The notes below the pieces were generated by a model that saw only the letters and a program-made list of their open reading frames with translations, did not search any database and had not been told where the DNA came from. Below, one piece after another: positions 46,400-58,801 of a stretch of 64,000 nucleotides of DNA. How positions within the stretch are numbered: position 1 is the stretch's first letter; every line of letters starts with the position of its first letter. Where the stretch lies: the NCBI RefSeq assembly GCF_046119375.1, contig NW_027362768.1, positions 46,190,001 through 46,254,000 of the forward strand. Reading direction: 5' to 3'. Origin of the DNA: Phyllobates terribilis (taxonomy: Eukaryota). The position numbers and the translations under genes are program-made.

Positions 46400-47950
46400 C
46401 ATATGTGATCCTTGGCGCATGCCAAGATGCCTCCCACCATGCACCTGTCATTGCAGACTTGCAACAATTACCGTCTTGTCCTTTTCCCTGTGGAGCGTTC
46501 AGTTGTCCCTACCCCATTCCTTGGAATGCAAGCGCAAGTATTCAGCCAGCCAGCCACCCACCCACAGGCTGCAATACTATACTGCCAAATTTTTGACAGC
46601 TGCTTGAACTTGAAATGTGGCCTTTTAGGCTTGTGGAGGCAGAAGCTGTCCACAATCTTATGGCGGCGGCGACCGGGTATCCATACTCGGTCCCCAGCCG
46701 CCACTATTTGTCCCGGTGTCGTCTTTGTCTTCCACAAGCACGAGTCCCACAACATTACCCATGCCCTCCCCAGTGCACTTACTGGGAAGGACCGCCTAGC
46801 CACAAACATGTGGACAGGTGAATGTGGCCAGGGACGGTACTGAGCTAGTCCACAGCTTTTTTTGCTGAGTTGTATTTCACCACAGCCATATTCTTTAGCT
46901 TGGTGAAAGGATTTGGGAAACCAATTCTACCCAGATGTCATTTCTCCCATGAAAACCTATAAAGCTGCTTTCACTTGAAATGTGGCCTTTTAGGCTCATT
47001 GAGGCGTAATATTTTCATAACCTCATGCCGGCGGCGGCCGGGTGTCCATACTCGGTTCCCAGCCGACTCTGTTTCTCCCGGTATTGTCTCCGCCTTCCAC
47101 AAGCACGGGTCCCACAACATTACCCGTGCCCTTCCCAGTGCACTTACTGGGAAGGACCGCCTAACCACAAACACGTGGACAGGTGAATGTGGCCAGTGAC
47201 GGTACGCAGCCAGTCCACAGCTTTTTCTGAAGAGTTGTATTTCACCACAGCCATATTCTTTAGCTTGGTGAAAGGACTGGCATAGAGGGAAACCGTATCT
47301 ACTCTGGGTGTCATTTCTCCCAGGAAGTCCGCTAAAGCAGCTTGTTGCAGAAGCAATGGCAGCCTGACCAACATCAACTCACACTTGTCGGTGGTGCTGT
47401 GACACACAAACATCATTCTTTGCGCATTTAATTTCATGACTACAGAGTTGGTAATGGCCTGATCTGCAATGCGGTTTGAGAAGTAACATGCATAAGCACG
47501 TCCGATACACATATAAAAAACAGCCATAGAGTGTCCTGGAACCTTCCCCCACACTTTTCATAGCCAGGGCTGCTTCTCGGCAGAATTGGACAGACCAACC
47601 AGAAAACCGGAGACTCCTCGGTGGGCCCTGTCTTCTCCTTCAGGAGAGTTCATAATGCCGTGATGAGGCCATGATGATGATAGAGGCCACCATCTGCTGA
47701 GTTTTCTGTTACTTGGAATGCAAGTGCAAGTATGCAGCCAGCCACCCACCCACAGGCTGCAATACTAAACTGTAAGATTTCTGGGCAGCTGCTTGCACTT
47801 GAAATGTGGCCTTTTAGGCTCATGGAGGCGGAAGCTTTTCATAACCTCATGCCTCATGCCTCGTGTCCATACTCCTTCCCCAGCCGTCACTATTTCTCCT
47901 GGAGTTTTCTCCACCTTCTACAAGCAAGGGTCCCTGAACATTACTGCTGG
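46400..47950 (+). pseudogene. Inverted transposase fragments in hAT 2 (about 46400-46845, 46965-47205, 47712-47950)
   Basis: Plus-strand MWPFRLVEAEAVHNLMAAA..YSVPSRHYLSRC and HKHESHNITHAL..MWTGECGQGRY versus transposase MLPFRLVETEAFCNLMAAA..YSVPSRHYISRC and HKHVSQNISHVL..MWTTACGQG. Confidence 0.88.
47206..47650 (-). pseudogene. dnd1: Tandem-RRM gene fragment resembling dead end 1 (DND1/RBM46/47/A1CF family)
   Basis: One frame with one stop (47558-60): GRAYACYFSNRIADQAI...FVCHSTTDKCELMLVRLP...EMTPRVDTVSLYASP...MAVVKYNS..AVDWL. This is colinear with DND1 as recalled from memory (GFAYARY.SRR.A..AI, VCRSTEK.EL, AVVKYDS, V.WLK). Confidence 0.7.
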
Positions 47951-48198
47951 TACTTTTCTTTGGGAATTTGCTTGCCTCCTACCAGCCTTGAATATTTCCA
48001 GTAAACTATGGTATAACACCATGATATTAGCACTGCCCCCAGTAACAGTAGCGAAGCCATCCCCAATTTACTTCTCAGGAATTTTATTTGGTAGACTGAG
48101 TGGCTGCCCAAATACATTAGTTTCTCACAAAGGAGCTGAAGATAGAGTGGCAGTAGGTGCAAGTTTCTCCACCCTGTTAGATATTAAAGGGTGAACAG

Positions 48199-48325
48199 CA
48201 GCACATTGGATCAGTGGTTAGCACTGAAGCATTGCAGCGCTGGGATCCTGGGTTCAAATCCCAGCAAGGACAACATCTGTAAGGATTTTGTATGTTCTCC
48301 CCATATTTATATGGGTTTCCACTCC
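48199..48325 (+). mobile_element. Truncated tRNA-derived SINE (V-SINE-like)
   Basis: A box TGGATCAGTGG (48207-17), B box GGTTCAAATCC (48251-61), then ..TTTGTATGTTCTCCCC..GGGTTTCC V-domain-like core. Confidence 0.82.
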
Positions 48326-48499
48326 AGTAAATAAGCAGCCATAGAGTGTGCGGGAAACTTCCCACACACTTTTCTTAGCCAGGACTGCTTCTCGGCAGGG
48401 TTGGACGGTCCCATCAGAGAATTCTCTGGTGTGCCCTGGTTTCTACATCAGGAGAGTTCATGATAGCTCTAACTTTGCAGCTGCTATGATGCTCTTGAG

Positions 48500-48668
48500 C
48501 GGGTGAGAAAGTTGAGCCCTCAGAATCAAATCTTCTGGTGGGCACAATGTTTTTCAATCTGAAACAGCTTCTCAGTGGGAGTTGTTTTTCACCACAGCCA
48601 TATTCTTTAGCTCGGTGAAAGGACTGGCATAGAGGGAAACCGTATCTACTCCGGCTGTCATTTCTCCG
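48500..48668 (-). pseudogene. Further dnd1-like RRM2 copy; others at about 46846-46945 and 48335-48470
   Basis: Minus strand reads MAVVKNNSH*EAVSD*KTLC, colinear with the recalled AVVKYDSHRAAAMAKKTLC and retaining the helix deleted in the main copy. Confidence 0.62.
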
Positions 48669-49029
48669 TCACCAGGTTCCGCCCATTGTCACACACGACC
48701 TTGCCTGGCTGTATGTTCAGCTTGCCGCTTGGCCAAGGCAGTGCTGCAGAGCTTTCAGCTTGTAACTAATGTGGTCATTTCAGAGACGGAGGAGGAGGAG
48801 GTGCAGGAGCTGAACAATGTGATTACATTGAGGTTATATTGGCGACTCTGTTTTTATAATAAAGAAAGATCCTACTGGTTTTTTTTTTACGTTATTTTTT
48901 AAGGCAAATGCATTCACCGGGAAATGTCATTTTAACATTTTACAACCTTATCTGGCATCCTGTTTCATTGATGATGGAGGGACTCTGAAAGACACATAGA
49001 GCAGGGCCACAGTTACGAGTACGACATTT

Positions 49030-49460
49030 TCCCATTAGAAAGGAGAGAGTCTGCTATACAGTTATAGGGTATGCAGTGAGTCCAATGGCTGACCAAATTT
49101 AGGAAAAACCCCATTAAGAATTTAAATTCACATAGAGCAGGGCCACAGTAACGACAAATTCCCATTAGAAAGGAGAGAGTCTCCCATAGTGTTGGCCTAT
49201 GCAGTAAATGCAAGGGCTGCCAAAAATTTGGAGGCACTTCAATGCCCCTCGGAAGAGACATGGAGGTCTGAGGGCCTCTTCAAAATAATATTCCCATTAT
49301 TAGGAAGTGGGTCTCCCATAGTGTTAGCCTATGCAGTGACTGCAAGGGTTGCCAAAAATTTGGAGGCACTCCAATGCCCCTTGGAAGAGACGTGGAGGAG
49401 GGCCTCATAATAAAATGTTCCCATTAGAAAGGAGCAGGCCTCCTATACTTGTAATGCCCA
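49030..49460. repeat. Degenerate ~132-bp array, counterpart of the 133-bp array of hAT 1
   Basis: CCCATTA...GTCTCCCATAGT...GCTGCCAAAAATT...CAATGCCCC units near 49030, 49162, 49295 and 49420. Confidence 0.8.
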
Positions 49461-49737
49461 TGCACTAAGTGTATGGGCTGACAAATATTTACCCCTGGGG
49501 GGTATACATGAACTGTACTGTATAAAAACTTTTTTTATGGTCATCATAAACACCCTTTAAAAAAATTATGTGGGTGTTGCATCACAGGCCACACTCACCC
49601 TGGTGATATGGTGGTGGAGGATGAGGAGAAGGAGGAGGACAAGAGCAAATAGCCAAAATCAGGAAGCGTATACCCATGTCTGGGTGTGAAAAGGTGCATG
49701 GGAATACAACTCCCAAGAAAAGACACTGGATTGGAGT

Positions 49738-52700
49738 TTATGTAACGCTGCTATCATTCGGTGGTGTTGAGAAGTCTGGCCCAATCCAGCCCTTGTTCAT
49801 TATTATAAGAGTCAGCCTGTCAGCATTTTCAGTTGACTGGCGGATGCGCTTAGCAGTTATAATTCCACCAGCGGTACTAAAAACCCGCTCTGATAAAACT
49901 CTGGTGGCAGGGCAGGTGTAGCATGGGCGTCTCTGCCTCCTGCCAGGCAGAGACGCCGTCCCTCTCACCGCTGCGCTCCCCGCCCGGCGTCCTCCAGCGC
50001 TCTTCTTCCTGCTGCTGCCGGCGCACGCAGCTTCCCGTGCACTCTGCTTAGGGCGCGCGCGCTCCCTCCCTCTTAAAGGAGCCGCACGCACCGTCCTAAG
50101 GAGTCCCCGGCCAATTGCCGGAGGTCCTCCCATATATAAGGCACCTCCTCCAAAATGGAGGTGCCCGAGCAATAGTTGTTGCACAGTGTACTTACCTCTG
50201 CTTTAGCCCTCAGGTCCCGCTGCTCGCCTGACTACTAGTCCTGGCCGCCAGCCTGACTACCTGTCCAGTCTGCCAACCTGACTACTCTCCAGCCCGACAG
50301 TCTGTCTTCCGTTCAGTCCGCCAGTCTGTCTATGTGCTTTGCCCGTCTGCTTACCTGGAGGCTCCTGCTTGCTACCTGCCGTGCCTACCTAAAGACTCCT
50401 GCCTGTCACTTTCCATGACCACCTGCCAGCCTACCTGGAGGCTCCTGCCCATCACTTGCCGTGACCACCTGACAGCCTACCTAGAAGCTCCTGCCTGTCA
50501 CTTGCCGTGACCACCGGTCAGCCTACCTGGAGGCTCCTGCCCGTCCCTTGCCGTGACCACCTTACAGCCTACCTAGAGGCTCCTGCCTGACTCCTGCCAT
50601 GACCACTCGACAGCCTACTTTGAGGCTCCCGCCTGTCGCCTGCCGTGTCTGCCAGTCCATCCACCTGGATCACTCGTCTGCCTGCCTGCTGTGCCCATCT
50701 TCAATACCGGTCAGTTCCTGCCTTCTGTACCATGGGAGTCACTTACAAGGTCGTCCCCAGAGTAGCACCTGGTCCCTCTGCTCGGACCCTCCCTGGTCAC
50801 AGAGTCGATTGAGCCGCCGTACGACCTAGGTTGCTCCGAGTAGATACCTAGTTATGCCCCTCTGGGTCCCTCCTTGCACTGCAGCACAGAGGTTCCACCA
50901 CCCGGATCCGTAACAGCAGGCCAGGACCTACAAGGCATAGAGAGCCAGTTCATTCCACGTATCCAGCTTGGATACCCAATAATTATAAGGCACAGAGGAA
51001 TCATGGAGGACATTGGTACGGTCGGCAAGGTACTCCCTTAGCATCTTCCCAAACTTTGCACTCCTTGTGATAGTACCCCGCGACTCAGGGCCTGTGCGAT
51101 GGGAGTGTCTGAAAAAACTCTCCCAGAACTTTGACAGTGTTCCCCTGCCTCTGCTGGATTGCATTTGTGTCTCTCTCGCCTGTACACCTTGGTTGTCCAA
51201 CGAAGTGTGCCCTCTGCCGCCAGCGTTTTCAGATGGGAATTTTTTTAATAGTTCAGCAACAAGGGCCATTTGGTACAGCCCCATTTTTGTAGACCTGTCC
51301 GCCTCAGGAATAAGAGATATAAAGTTCTCCTTGTAGCATGGGTCTAGAAATGTAACCAACCAGTAATGATTGTCACCCAAAATTTTGAGAACGTGAGGGT
51401 CAAGGGAGAGACAGCGTAACATAAACTCAGCCATGCGTGCAAGACTACTAACAGGTAAGTCTTCCGTGTCCTCACCAAGAGGATGACTGACCATGCTCTC
51501 CTCCTCCTCCTCCTCCTCTCTGTCCTCTGGCCATCCACGCTGAACAGACAGTATGACAGCTGTGCAGGTACTACCGTCTATAGCGCATGAAACTAGCTCC
51601 TGTCCTTCCTCCCCTTCCTCCTCTTCCTCATTGTCACCCAATAAACTTTGGGATGAAATGAGGCTGGGCTGTGTGTAATCACCCTGTATGGTTCTTTTTC
51701 CATCTCATCGTGCTCTGCCTGCAATGCATCCTCTTTGATTGTGAGTATAGAGCGTTTCAGAAGACAGAGAAGCAGGATGGTGATGCTAATTATGGCATCA
51801 TCGCAGCTCACCATCTTGGTGGAGTCCTCAAAGTTTTCAAAGATGGTACATACAGTATGTCTGACATCCATGTCCACTCCTGAGGTCTTATGTGTGTAGT
51901 CTGAACTGAATACCAATGGCCTTGTTGATGCTGGTACTCAACAACTGCCCTCTTCTGCTCACAAATCCTTCCCAACATCTGCAGTGTAGAGTTCCAATGT
52001 GTGGGGACATCACACATAAGTCTGTGAGCCGGAAACTACAAACGCTGCTGAAACACGGCAAGGGCGGCGGAAGCTGTAGCTGACTTTCTAAAATGGGCAC
52101 ACAGACGGCGTACTTAACAAGCAGATCCAGCAGCTCCGGGTAGGATTTTAGAAACCGCTGAACCACACGGTTAAGCACATGGGCCAGGCATGGTACGTGT
52201 GTGAGCTTGCCTCACCTCAGAGCCGCCACCAGATTCCGGCCATTGTCACACACGACCATGCCTGGCTGTAGGTTCAGCTTTGTGAGCCTCAGATCTGCCT
52301 GCTCTATCAGAGCTGTCCACAACTCTTCAGCATTGTGCGATTTGTCACCTAACCATATAAGCTTAAGCACAGTCTGTTGCAGCTTGGCCGAGGCAGTGCT
52401 GCAGTGCTTCCAGCTTGTGACTGATGTGGTCATTTCGGAGATGGAGGCTGAAGAGGAGGAGGAGGCTGAGGAGGATGAGGTGCAGGACCTGTTGACCGTG
52501 GGGGCAACCCTGATTGACCTATGGCACGCAATCCTTGGCGTCGGGAGGACGTGTTCCGTCCCAAGGTCTGACTTGGTCCCAGCTTCCACTATGCTAACCC
52601 AGTGTGCCGTCAGTGAGATGCACCATCCCTGCCCACAAGCAGTTGTCCACATGTCCGTGATTAGGTGGACTTTCCCGGTAGCTGCATTGTTGAGGACATG

Positions 52701-54023
52701 GCTAATGTTTTGGGACACGTGCTTGTGTAATGCGGGGACGGCACACCGGGAGATATAGTGGCGGCTGGGGACCGAGTACCGAGGGATTGCCGCTGCCATC
52801 AGGTTGCAGAATGCTTCGGTCTCCACGAGCCTAAAAGGCAACATTTCGCGCGAAAGCAGTCGTGAAATGTGAGAATTTAGTAGTGTGGCCTGTGGGGCGT
52901 TGGCTGCATATTTGCGCTTGCGTTCCAAGGACTGGGGTATGGACAACTGAACACTGCGCTGGGACAAGGACATGGACGTGCTTCCTGATGCTGCTGCTTG
53001 AGAGTGTGCAATGACAGGTGCAGGGCAGGAGGAATCCTCGCATGCACCATGGACTGGGGATTGGCTAGCATGCACGACAGCGGAAGAAGAAATGGTGCCA
53101 CCTGCAGACACTGTTCCTGGACCCTGGGGTTCGGCCCACAAAGTCGGATGCTTTTCTGTCATGTGCGTGATCATGCTGGTGGTGGTCAGGCTGGTCGTTT
53201 TTGGGGTTATCGGCAGAGTCTTTAAAAAGCAACCAGACTCTGGAAGACCTAACAGTTGTACTGGCAACTTCCTTCATGTTGGTGTTACGGGGAACAGTTG
53301 CCTGCCTTCTGTCTGCGGCCACCACACTGCTTCTTTCTGCCTGTTGGGGTGCTCTGCCTCCCACCCCCTGTGTGCTGCTGTCCTCGCTCTCCATGTTCTC
53401 CTGCCAGGTCGAGTCAGTTACTATATAATCCACCACCTCGTCTTCCACTTCCGCACCCTGGTCCTCCTCCTGACTTTCTGGCAATTGTGTCTCATCATCG
53501 TCCACCTCTTGTGACACTTTCCCACCGTCGCCTTCGTGTGACCGTGGCTGCTTAATTATTTGGGCATCGCTACATGCGATCTCCTCTTGCCCCGCTTCAA
53601 GTGGACCGGACAAGAGGCCCGAATCTATAAATGGAAAAGTGAACAGCTCTTCAGAGAGTCGAAGTGTGGGATCAGTTGTCTCCGGGCACTCGGCATGGTG
53701 GGAGGAAGGAGGATCAGGATAAGGAAAATGTGGTCCAGACTCAAAGCTACTGAGACTTGACCGTGTGGAAGACAGGGTGGTGTTTGTGGTGGCTAAGTGA
53801 CTGGAAGCATTGTCCGCTATCCAACCAACAACCTTTTGACACTGCTCTTGGTTCAATAGTCGTGTGCTGCAATCCCTTAGGGATTGGGACAGGAAGGTCG
53901 GGCGAGAAGATGTGGTTGTTTGTTGTGGCACAATTTCAGCTTGCCCACTGCCTTGTCTCGGCCTCTGCATACACCATCACCGTCATGTCCAGTTCCCCGT
54001 CCCTTGCCACGTGCCTTATCCAT
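49738..54023 (-). pseudogene. hAT 2 transposase, frameshifted, deleted in the BED region, split by a solo LTR
   Basis: ORFs 53065..53970, 52212..53267, 51888..52178, 51808..52017, 50928..51641 and the end of 49738..50184 match the hAT 1 transposase. Confidence 0.93.
49917..50915 (+). mobile_element. Solo LTR (999 bp) of a sister subfamily of the chromovirus at 2297-8998
   Basis: TGTAGC...TAACA; TSD GCAGG (49912-16, 50916-20); same TATATAAGGCACCTCCTCCAAAATGGAGGTGCCCGAGCAA block; its own ~45-bp array at about 50350-50640. Confidence 0.95.
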
Positions 54024-55619
54024 TTTAAATGGAGGACAGTATCTATCACGCTCACTACAAATGACTGAGTTTAGAGCGAACTTATATGTGATCTGTGTAA
54101 CGGAGAAAACAGAGTTTTAAATACCTGTCCTGTAGGTAACTAGTTTGAACAGCAAACCGGTGTCAAAAACTTTGCTGACACAGTGAAAAATAATTGGAAT
54201 GGATGCCAAAAATGGCAGTATTTTCTGAAAATGTATATGTGATCTGTGTGACGGAGAAAACACAGTTTTAACTAGCTGAATTTCTAGCGCTGTAATATGG
54301 GAAGCACATGGCTGTATTCTGCAGTGCCAACAAGCAAATGGCGCACAAAAACGTTGCTCTTTGGATTGCTTTTTAAACAAATAATGAGGATTAAGTTCCA
54401 AAAAAAAGTATTCCTGGCCCCTGAGACCTGGGCCTTTGTATAGAAATATCTAACAGAAGCAGAAGGCAGAATTGGAATGGAGCCTCTTGTGCTATATGCT
54501 CTTCAGTCTGCTATATACACTGCCTGCCTATATACCCTGCCTGCCTGATATCTCTGCAGATGGATTAGTTAGTCCTCAAAAGGACTGTTTGCAAAGATGG
54601 ATATGTGTAATGCATGGTTTTTCTCCCTACACTACCTAATACACAAGCAAATCTCTCCCTGACGCAGCAGCACCTCTCTCTACTCTGCCTGATTCCGGAG
54701 TGACTGTGACGAGCACGGCGGCGCAGGGTCTGATATAGACCTGATGACGCTGTGCGACCATCCCATCACTGTAATGCTACTAAAGAGCGCCAAACATGCA
54801 GGGAGGGGACCCGAGCTCCCGCCGAGCAACCCCGGAAATACTCGGTGGGAGCCGAGCATCTCGAGCAGTGAGATGCTCTGGCGAGCACCGAGCAGTAGCG
54901 AGCAAGCTCGCTCATCACTAATTATTAACAATTTGCCGATTAAAAACTGTGGATTATGGAGGGATACAGGCCAATAAAGAAAAGTGCTATTTGAGCAATT
55001 CAATATGCTTAGGTAGATAATATGAAAGTGGTCGGGAGTGAAATACCAGCGTAAAATAGTTTTTACAGCTGATCTTATTGTGATCTACATTTGAGCAATT
55101 TTTTATTAGCCAGAAAGTCTGGGTCAACTTTTTTTAAAGATAAAAAAATTAATTCACTTTGCCATAGGCATATACAATGTGATTTATTAAATAAATGTAA
55201 TTGTGCAGTAACAATATATATCAATTTCAGGCCTATTCTCCGTTTGATAAAAATATAAAATATAGAATTGTTGAAAGGGAGAGTTTACCTCTCTCTACGC
55301 CCACTAGAAAGTGCTTCATCTACAAGTATTTGTAGAATTTCACCTTATGGAGGTCAACTTGGGATGCACTTCACATTTCATATATTTAAATAGTTGTGAA
55401 CTGCACGCAGTGCTAGTCAGAGTTACATATAAATAAGATCACTTTTGAGGTGTCTTTCTTTAAGCTAAAAAAGCCCCCTTTTTCCAATCTCTCATTACAC
55501 TGTTCAACAAGGTTTTTGTTTCCTGCATGAAATTGGGTGAATCTTATCGGAATTGTCATGCTGAGTTCATAAATAACTTCAGAATTGCTCTATGATGTAA
55601 GATTTATGAGAAAAATGCA

Positions 55620-56620
55620 ATTATATGTATGCATTGAATACTGTCAAATTCGTATTGGCATGTGATATTCCGAATGCAAAGTCAGCAACAGCGATCACGT
55701 TTAGAAATGTTTTACCATTGATTTTAGTTTATAATCAATGTCCGATGATTCACGGAAAATATTCCCACAATAGTCACTCAGCAGCGAGGGACTCCACCTC
55801 CCCTGGTACTGTTTTTCCATCTGGGAAATGTCTTGATGAAACCTTTCACGATGTTCATCACTTACAGCAGGGTTCCCCAACTCCAGTCCTCAAGGCCCAC
55901 CAACAGGTCATGTTTTCAGGATTTCCTTAGTATTGCACAGGTGATGTAATTATTGCCTGTGCAGGTGATGTAATTATCACCTGTGCAATACTAAGGAAAT
56001 CCTGAAAACATGACCTGTTGGTGGGCCTTGAGGACTGGAGTTGGGGAACCCTGACTTACAGCGCCGAGGTTTGGTGGGAAAAAGTCAATGTGTGAATGAA
56101 GGAAATGTATTTTAAGTGACATGTTACACTTCATTGACTTGACTGAAGAAGACTTTCAACCTGTTCTTTGATAGGTATCGAAGGTAGACATTGCCAATGT
56201 GTAGCAAGACAGCCTTCAAACTTAAGACCGATGAATCAATGAACAGTCGCCATTCCCTTGGGTCATGGTCAACTCCAAGGAAAGAAAACAATCCAAATCC
56301 AGTAATATCACTGCAAAAAGTGAGACTGTCAGCTTAACTGAAATATTTGGTCAAATCTTAATGACGACTGTGAAATACTGAAATTTTTGTACCTGGCTAC
56401 AACAGATTCCACCCTTGCAACCTTGATCCAAGAAGTTCTGCCTGACTCTTTGGTAAACCCATATCTCTGACCAGATCGTTGAGTCTTGCTTGAGATCTTA
56501 AACGTGGAGCAGTTGATATTGAGACCTCTATAGAAGCAATGGATAGCTTTATATCAGACACCTCCCTGGAATCTGTGGATAATAATCCTGTGTCAACATT
56601 CATTAAATCTGCAGCCTTAT
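55620..56620 (-). pseudogene. Transposase remnant, Chapaev3/CMC-like (family assignment tentative)
   Basis: Minus strand LNDLVRDMGLPKSQAELLGSRLQGWNLL, EWRLFIDSS.LSLKAVLLH, CNMSLKIHFLHSHIDFFPPNLGAVSDEHRERFHQDI; central domain deleted. Confidence 0.65.
55868..56053. mobile_element. hAT (Charlie-like) MITE, 186 bp, perfect foldback
   Basis: 78-bp identical inverted arms (55868-55945, 55976-56053); perfect TSD ACTTACAG (55860-67, 56054-61). Confidence 0.96.
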
Positions 56621-57681
56621 CCTTGCCAAAAAACGGACAAGGAAAAGGAGAGGAGGGAGTAAGCATTGGCAAACACTCCCTGAAGAGGAGGGAGAAGAGA
56701 AAGTAGTGATTAATCTATCTAGAAAAATAGATCAAAAGCAGCACCAAAGAAAAAACAGGTGCAAAGCCCCCCAGGTACACACCAGTCCTGTATGCATCAA
56801 AAAGAGAATGGAGGCAGCTGCCTCCATTCTCTTTTTGATTAATCTATCTAGCTACATTCTAACAGACACACAAACACGCGTCTTGTCTAAGGGCTTATCT
56901 TTCTCCCCCACAAACTCCTATAATCTAAACAATACCCTCCTTGATGTAAATAACTTCGTCAGGAATCTGACGCTGAAATGACATTTTTTAAACAAAAGGG
57001 ATGATGATTACTCAGACTTACCTGTAATACCTCCATTAAATGAAAACTCTTTGGAGAAGCAAATTGGAACTTTTGATGAACAGTGATCCCTATATGATCT
57101 GAGGGAACTTGGAAGTGAGTCTCACTCCTATGATGAGAACTTAAGCCTTGCAATTAAAAAAACATTATTTTACCCTGTGAATTCACTACTGGACTCCTTT
57201 CAAGAATTGGTGGAAGAAGATATGGTTAAACTAAAAGAGGACAGTGTTAACTTCCATCAGGGGGAAAAAAATAAAAATAAATTTAATTTGAGTAAAAGTG
57301 AGCAGGAAGCTATTAATGAACTAAAAAAGAATGGGGATTTGATTGTAAGAAGGGCTGATAAGGATGGAGCAGTAGTATTGCTTAATGCTTGTTTATATTT
57401 CAATCAAAACATGGAAATGTTGAATAATAATGAAATATATATACCACTGGAGGAAAACCCTACAAATACTTTTCAGGAGAAAATGAAGAGACTGTTGATG
57501 GAGGGAGTGACATTGGGGGCTATTACTAAAAAGAAGTCAGAGGACTTAATAGTAGATTATCCTGTGGTCCCTATATTCCACTCTTTACCCAAAATACATA
57601 AGGAGCTCTTCCCTCCCCCGTTTCGTCCCATTGTGGCTGGTATTGGTAGTATGGGGGAGGAATTGAGCTCCTGGGTAGATT

Positions 57682-57990
57682 TAAGCCCCGGTCTCACATA
57701 GCGAGATCGCTAACGAGATCGCTGCTGTGTTACGGTTTTGGTGATGCAACAGCGACCTCACCAGCGATGTGGCTATGTGTGACACTTTGCAGCGATCAAG
57801 CCCCTGCTGTGAGGTCGCTGATCTCTGCAAAGTGTCCGGGACCAGCAGGAGCAGCGATCAGGCTGGTAACCATGGTAAACATCAGGTTACTAGGGTCACA
57901 CGCGGTCCTAGTAACCCATTGTTTATCATGGTTATGAGACTGCTAAAGTGAGCGGTAACCTCCCGCTCACCGTAGCAGAGTGAATATACA
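57682..57990. mobile_element. MITE fragment replacing part of the outer Penelope RT
   Basis: Abrupt GC-rich block TTAAGCCCCGGTCTCACATAGCGAGATCGCT with local palindromes; the RT frame ends at 57701 and resumes near 58000 with a motif missing. Confidence 0.6.
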
Positions 57991-58757
57991 GTGAATATAC
58001 AGACGCTACATGTGAATTTTTGGTGCTTTCTGTAGAATTTCTTTTAAAACATAATTTTTTTTCATTTGACAAACGCTTCTTTTTACAGAAGCGAGGAGCC
58101 CCTATGGGCGCAAGCTTTTCGCCAGCGGTTGCTAATCTATATATGTCAGCATGGGAAAGTGATTTAATTTATTCTGACGTGAACCCCTTTTCCTCCCATG
58201 TCAGGTGGTACGGCGGCTATTTGGATGACCTGCTCCTGATATGGGATGGAACGAGGGATTCTGCGTCAGATTTTCTCAATTATGTGAACAATAATAATAT
58301 GAACTTAAGATTTACTTTGAACATGGGAAAATCTGAAATCAATTTCCTAGATGTCTCCCTTAAATTTGACTCTATACAGGGGATAGTCTTCTTTCCTTTT
58401 CGTAAAACAACAGCCACAAATTTGATTCTTTTAGCGGACTCATGTCACTCAAAACATGCTATAAAAAGTATCCCTGTAGGGGAATTTATACGCTGTAAAC
58501 GAAATTCTACTTTGGACAGTGGCTACGAGGAGGAGAAAAAGATTATTAAAAATAGGCTTTTAAAACGAAAGTATAAAAAATGGATGCTTCATCGAGCGGA
58601 GATAATTTCGGATGGGAGGGATAAGAACGAAATGTTGCATATTACAACAAAAAATAATGGAAGTCAGGAAAACAATATGATCAGTGAATATGAATAGCGG
58701 TACCAGAGCGCCAATAACAGGGCAAAAATATTAAAAGGACTGATTTATTAATACACA

Positions 58758-58801
58758 CACACAACGCGTTTCGGTGGACACAGCCACCTTCATCAGGTGT
58801 G
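58758..58801 (-). ncRNA. Minimal type I hammerhead ribozyme, copy 2
   Basis: Exact reverse complement of 62620-62663. Confidence 0.85.

Larger units (their letters stand above)
44714..54920 (-). mobile_element. Large hAT DNA transposon 2, 10.2 kb
   Basis: TIR TAGT(C/G)ATGAGCGAGC; perfect 8-bp TSD ATTATTAA at 44706-44713 and 54921-54928; left arm colinear with hAT 1. Confidence 0.96.
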
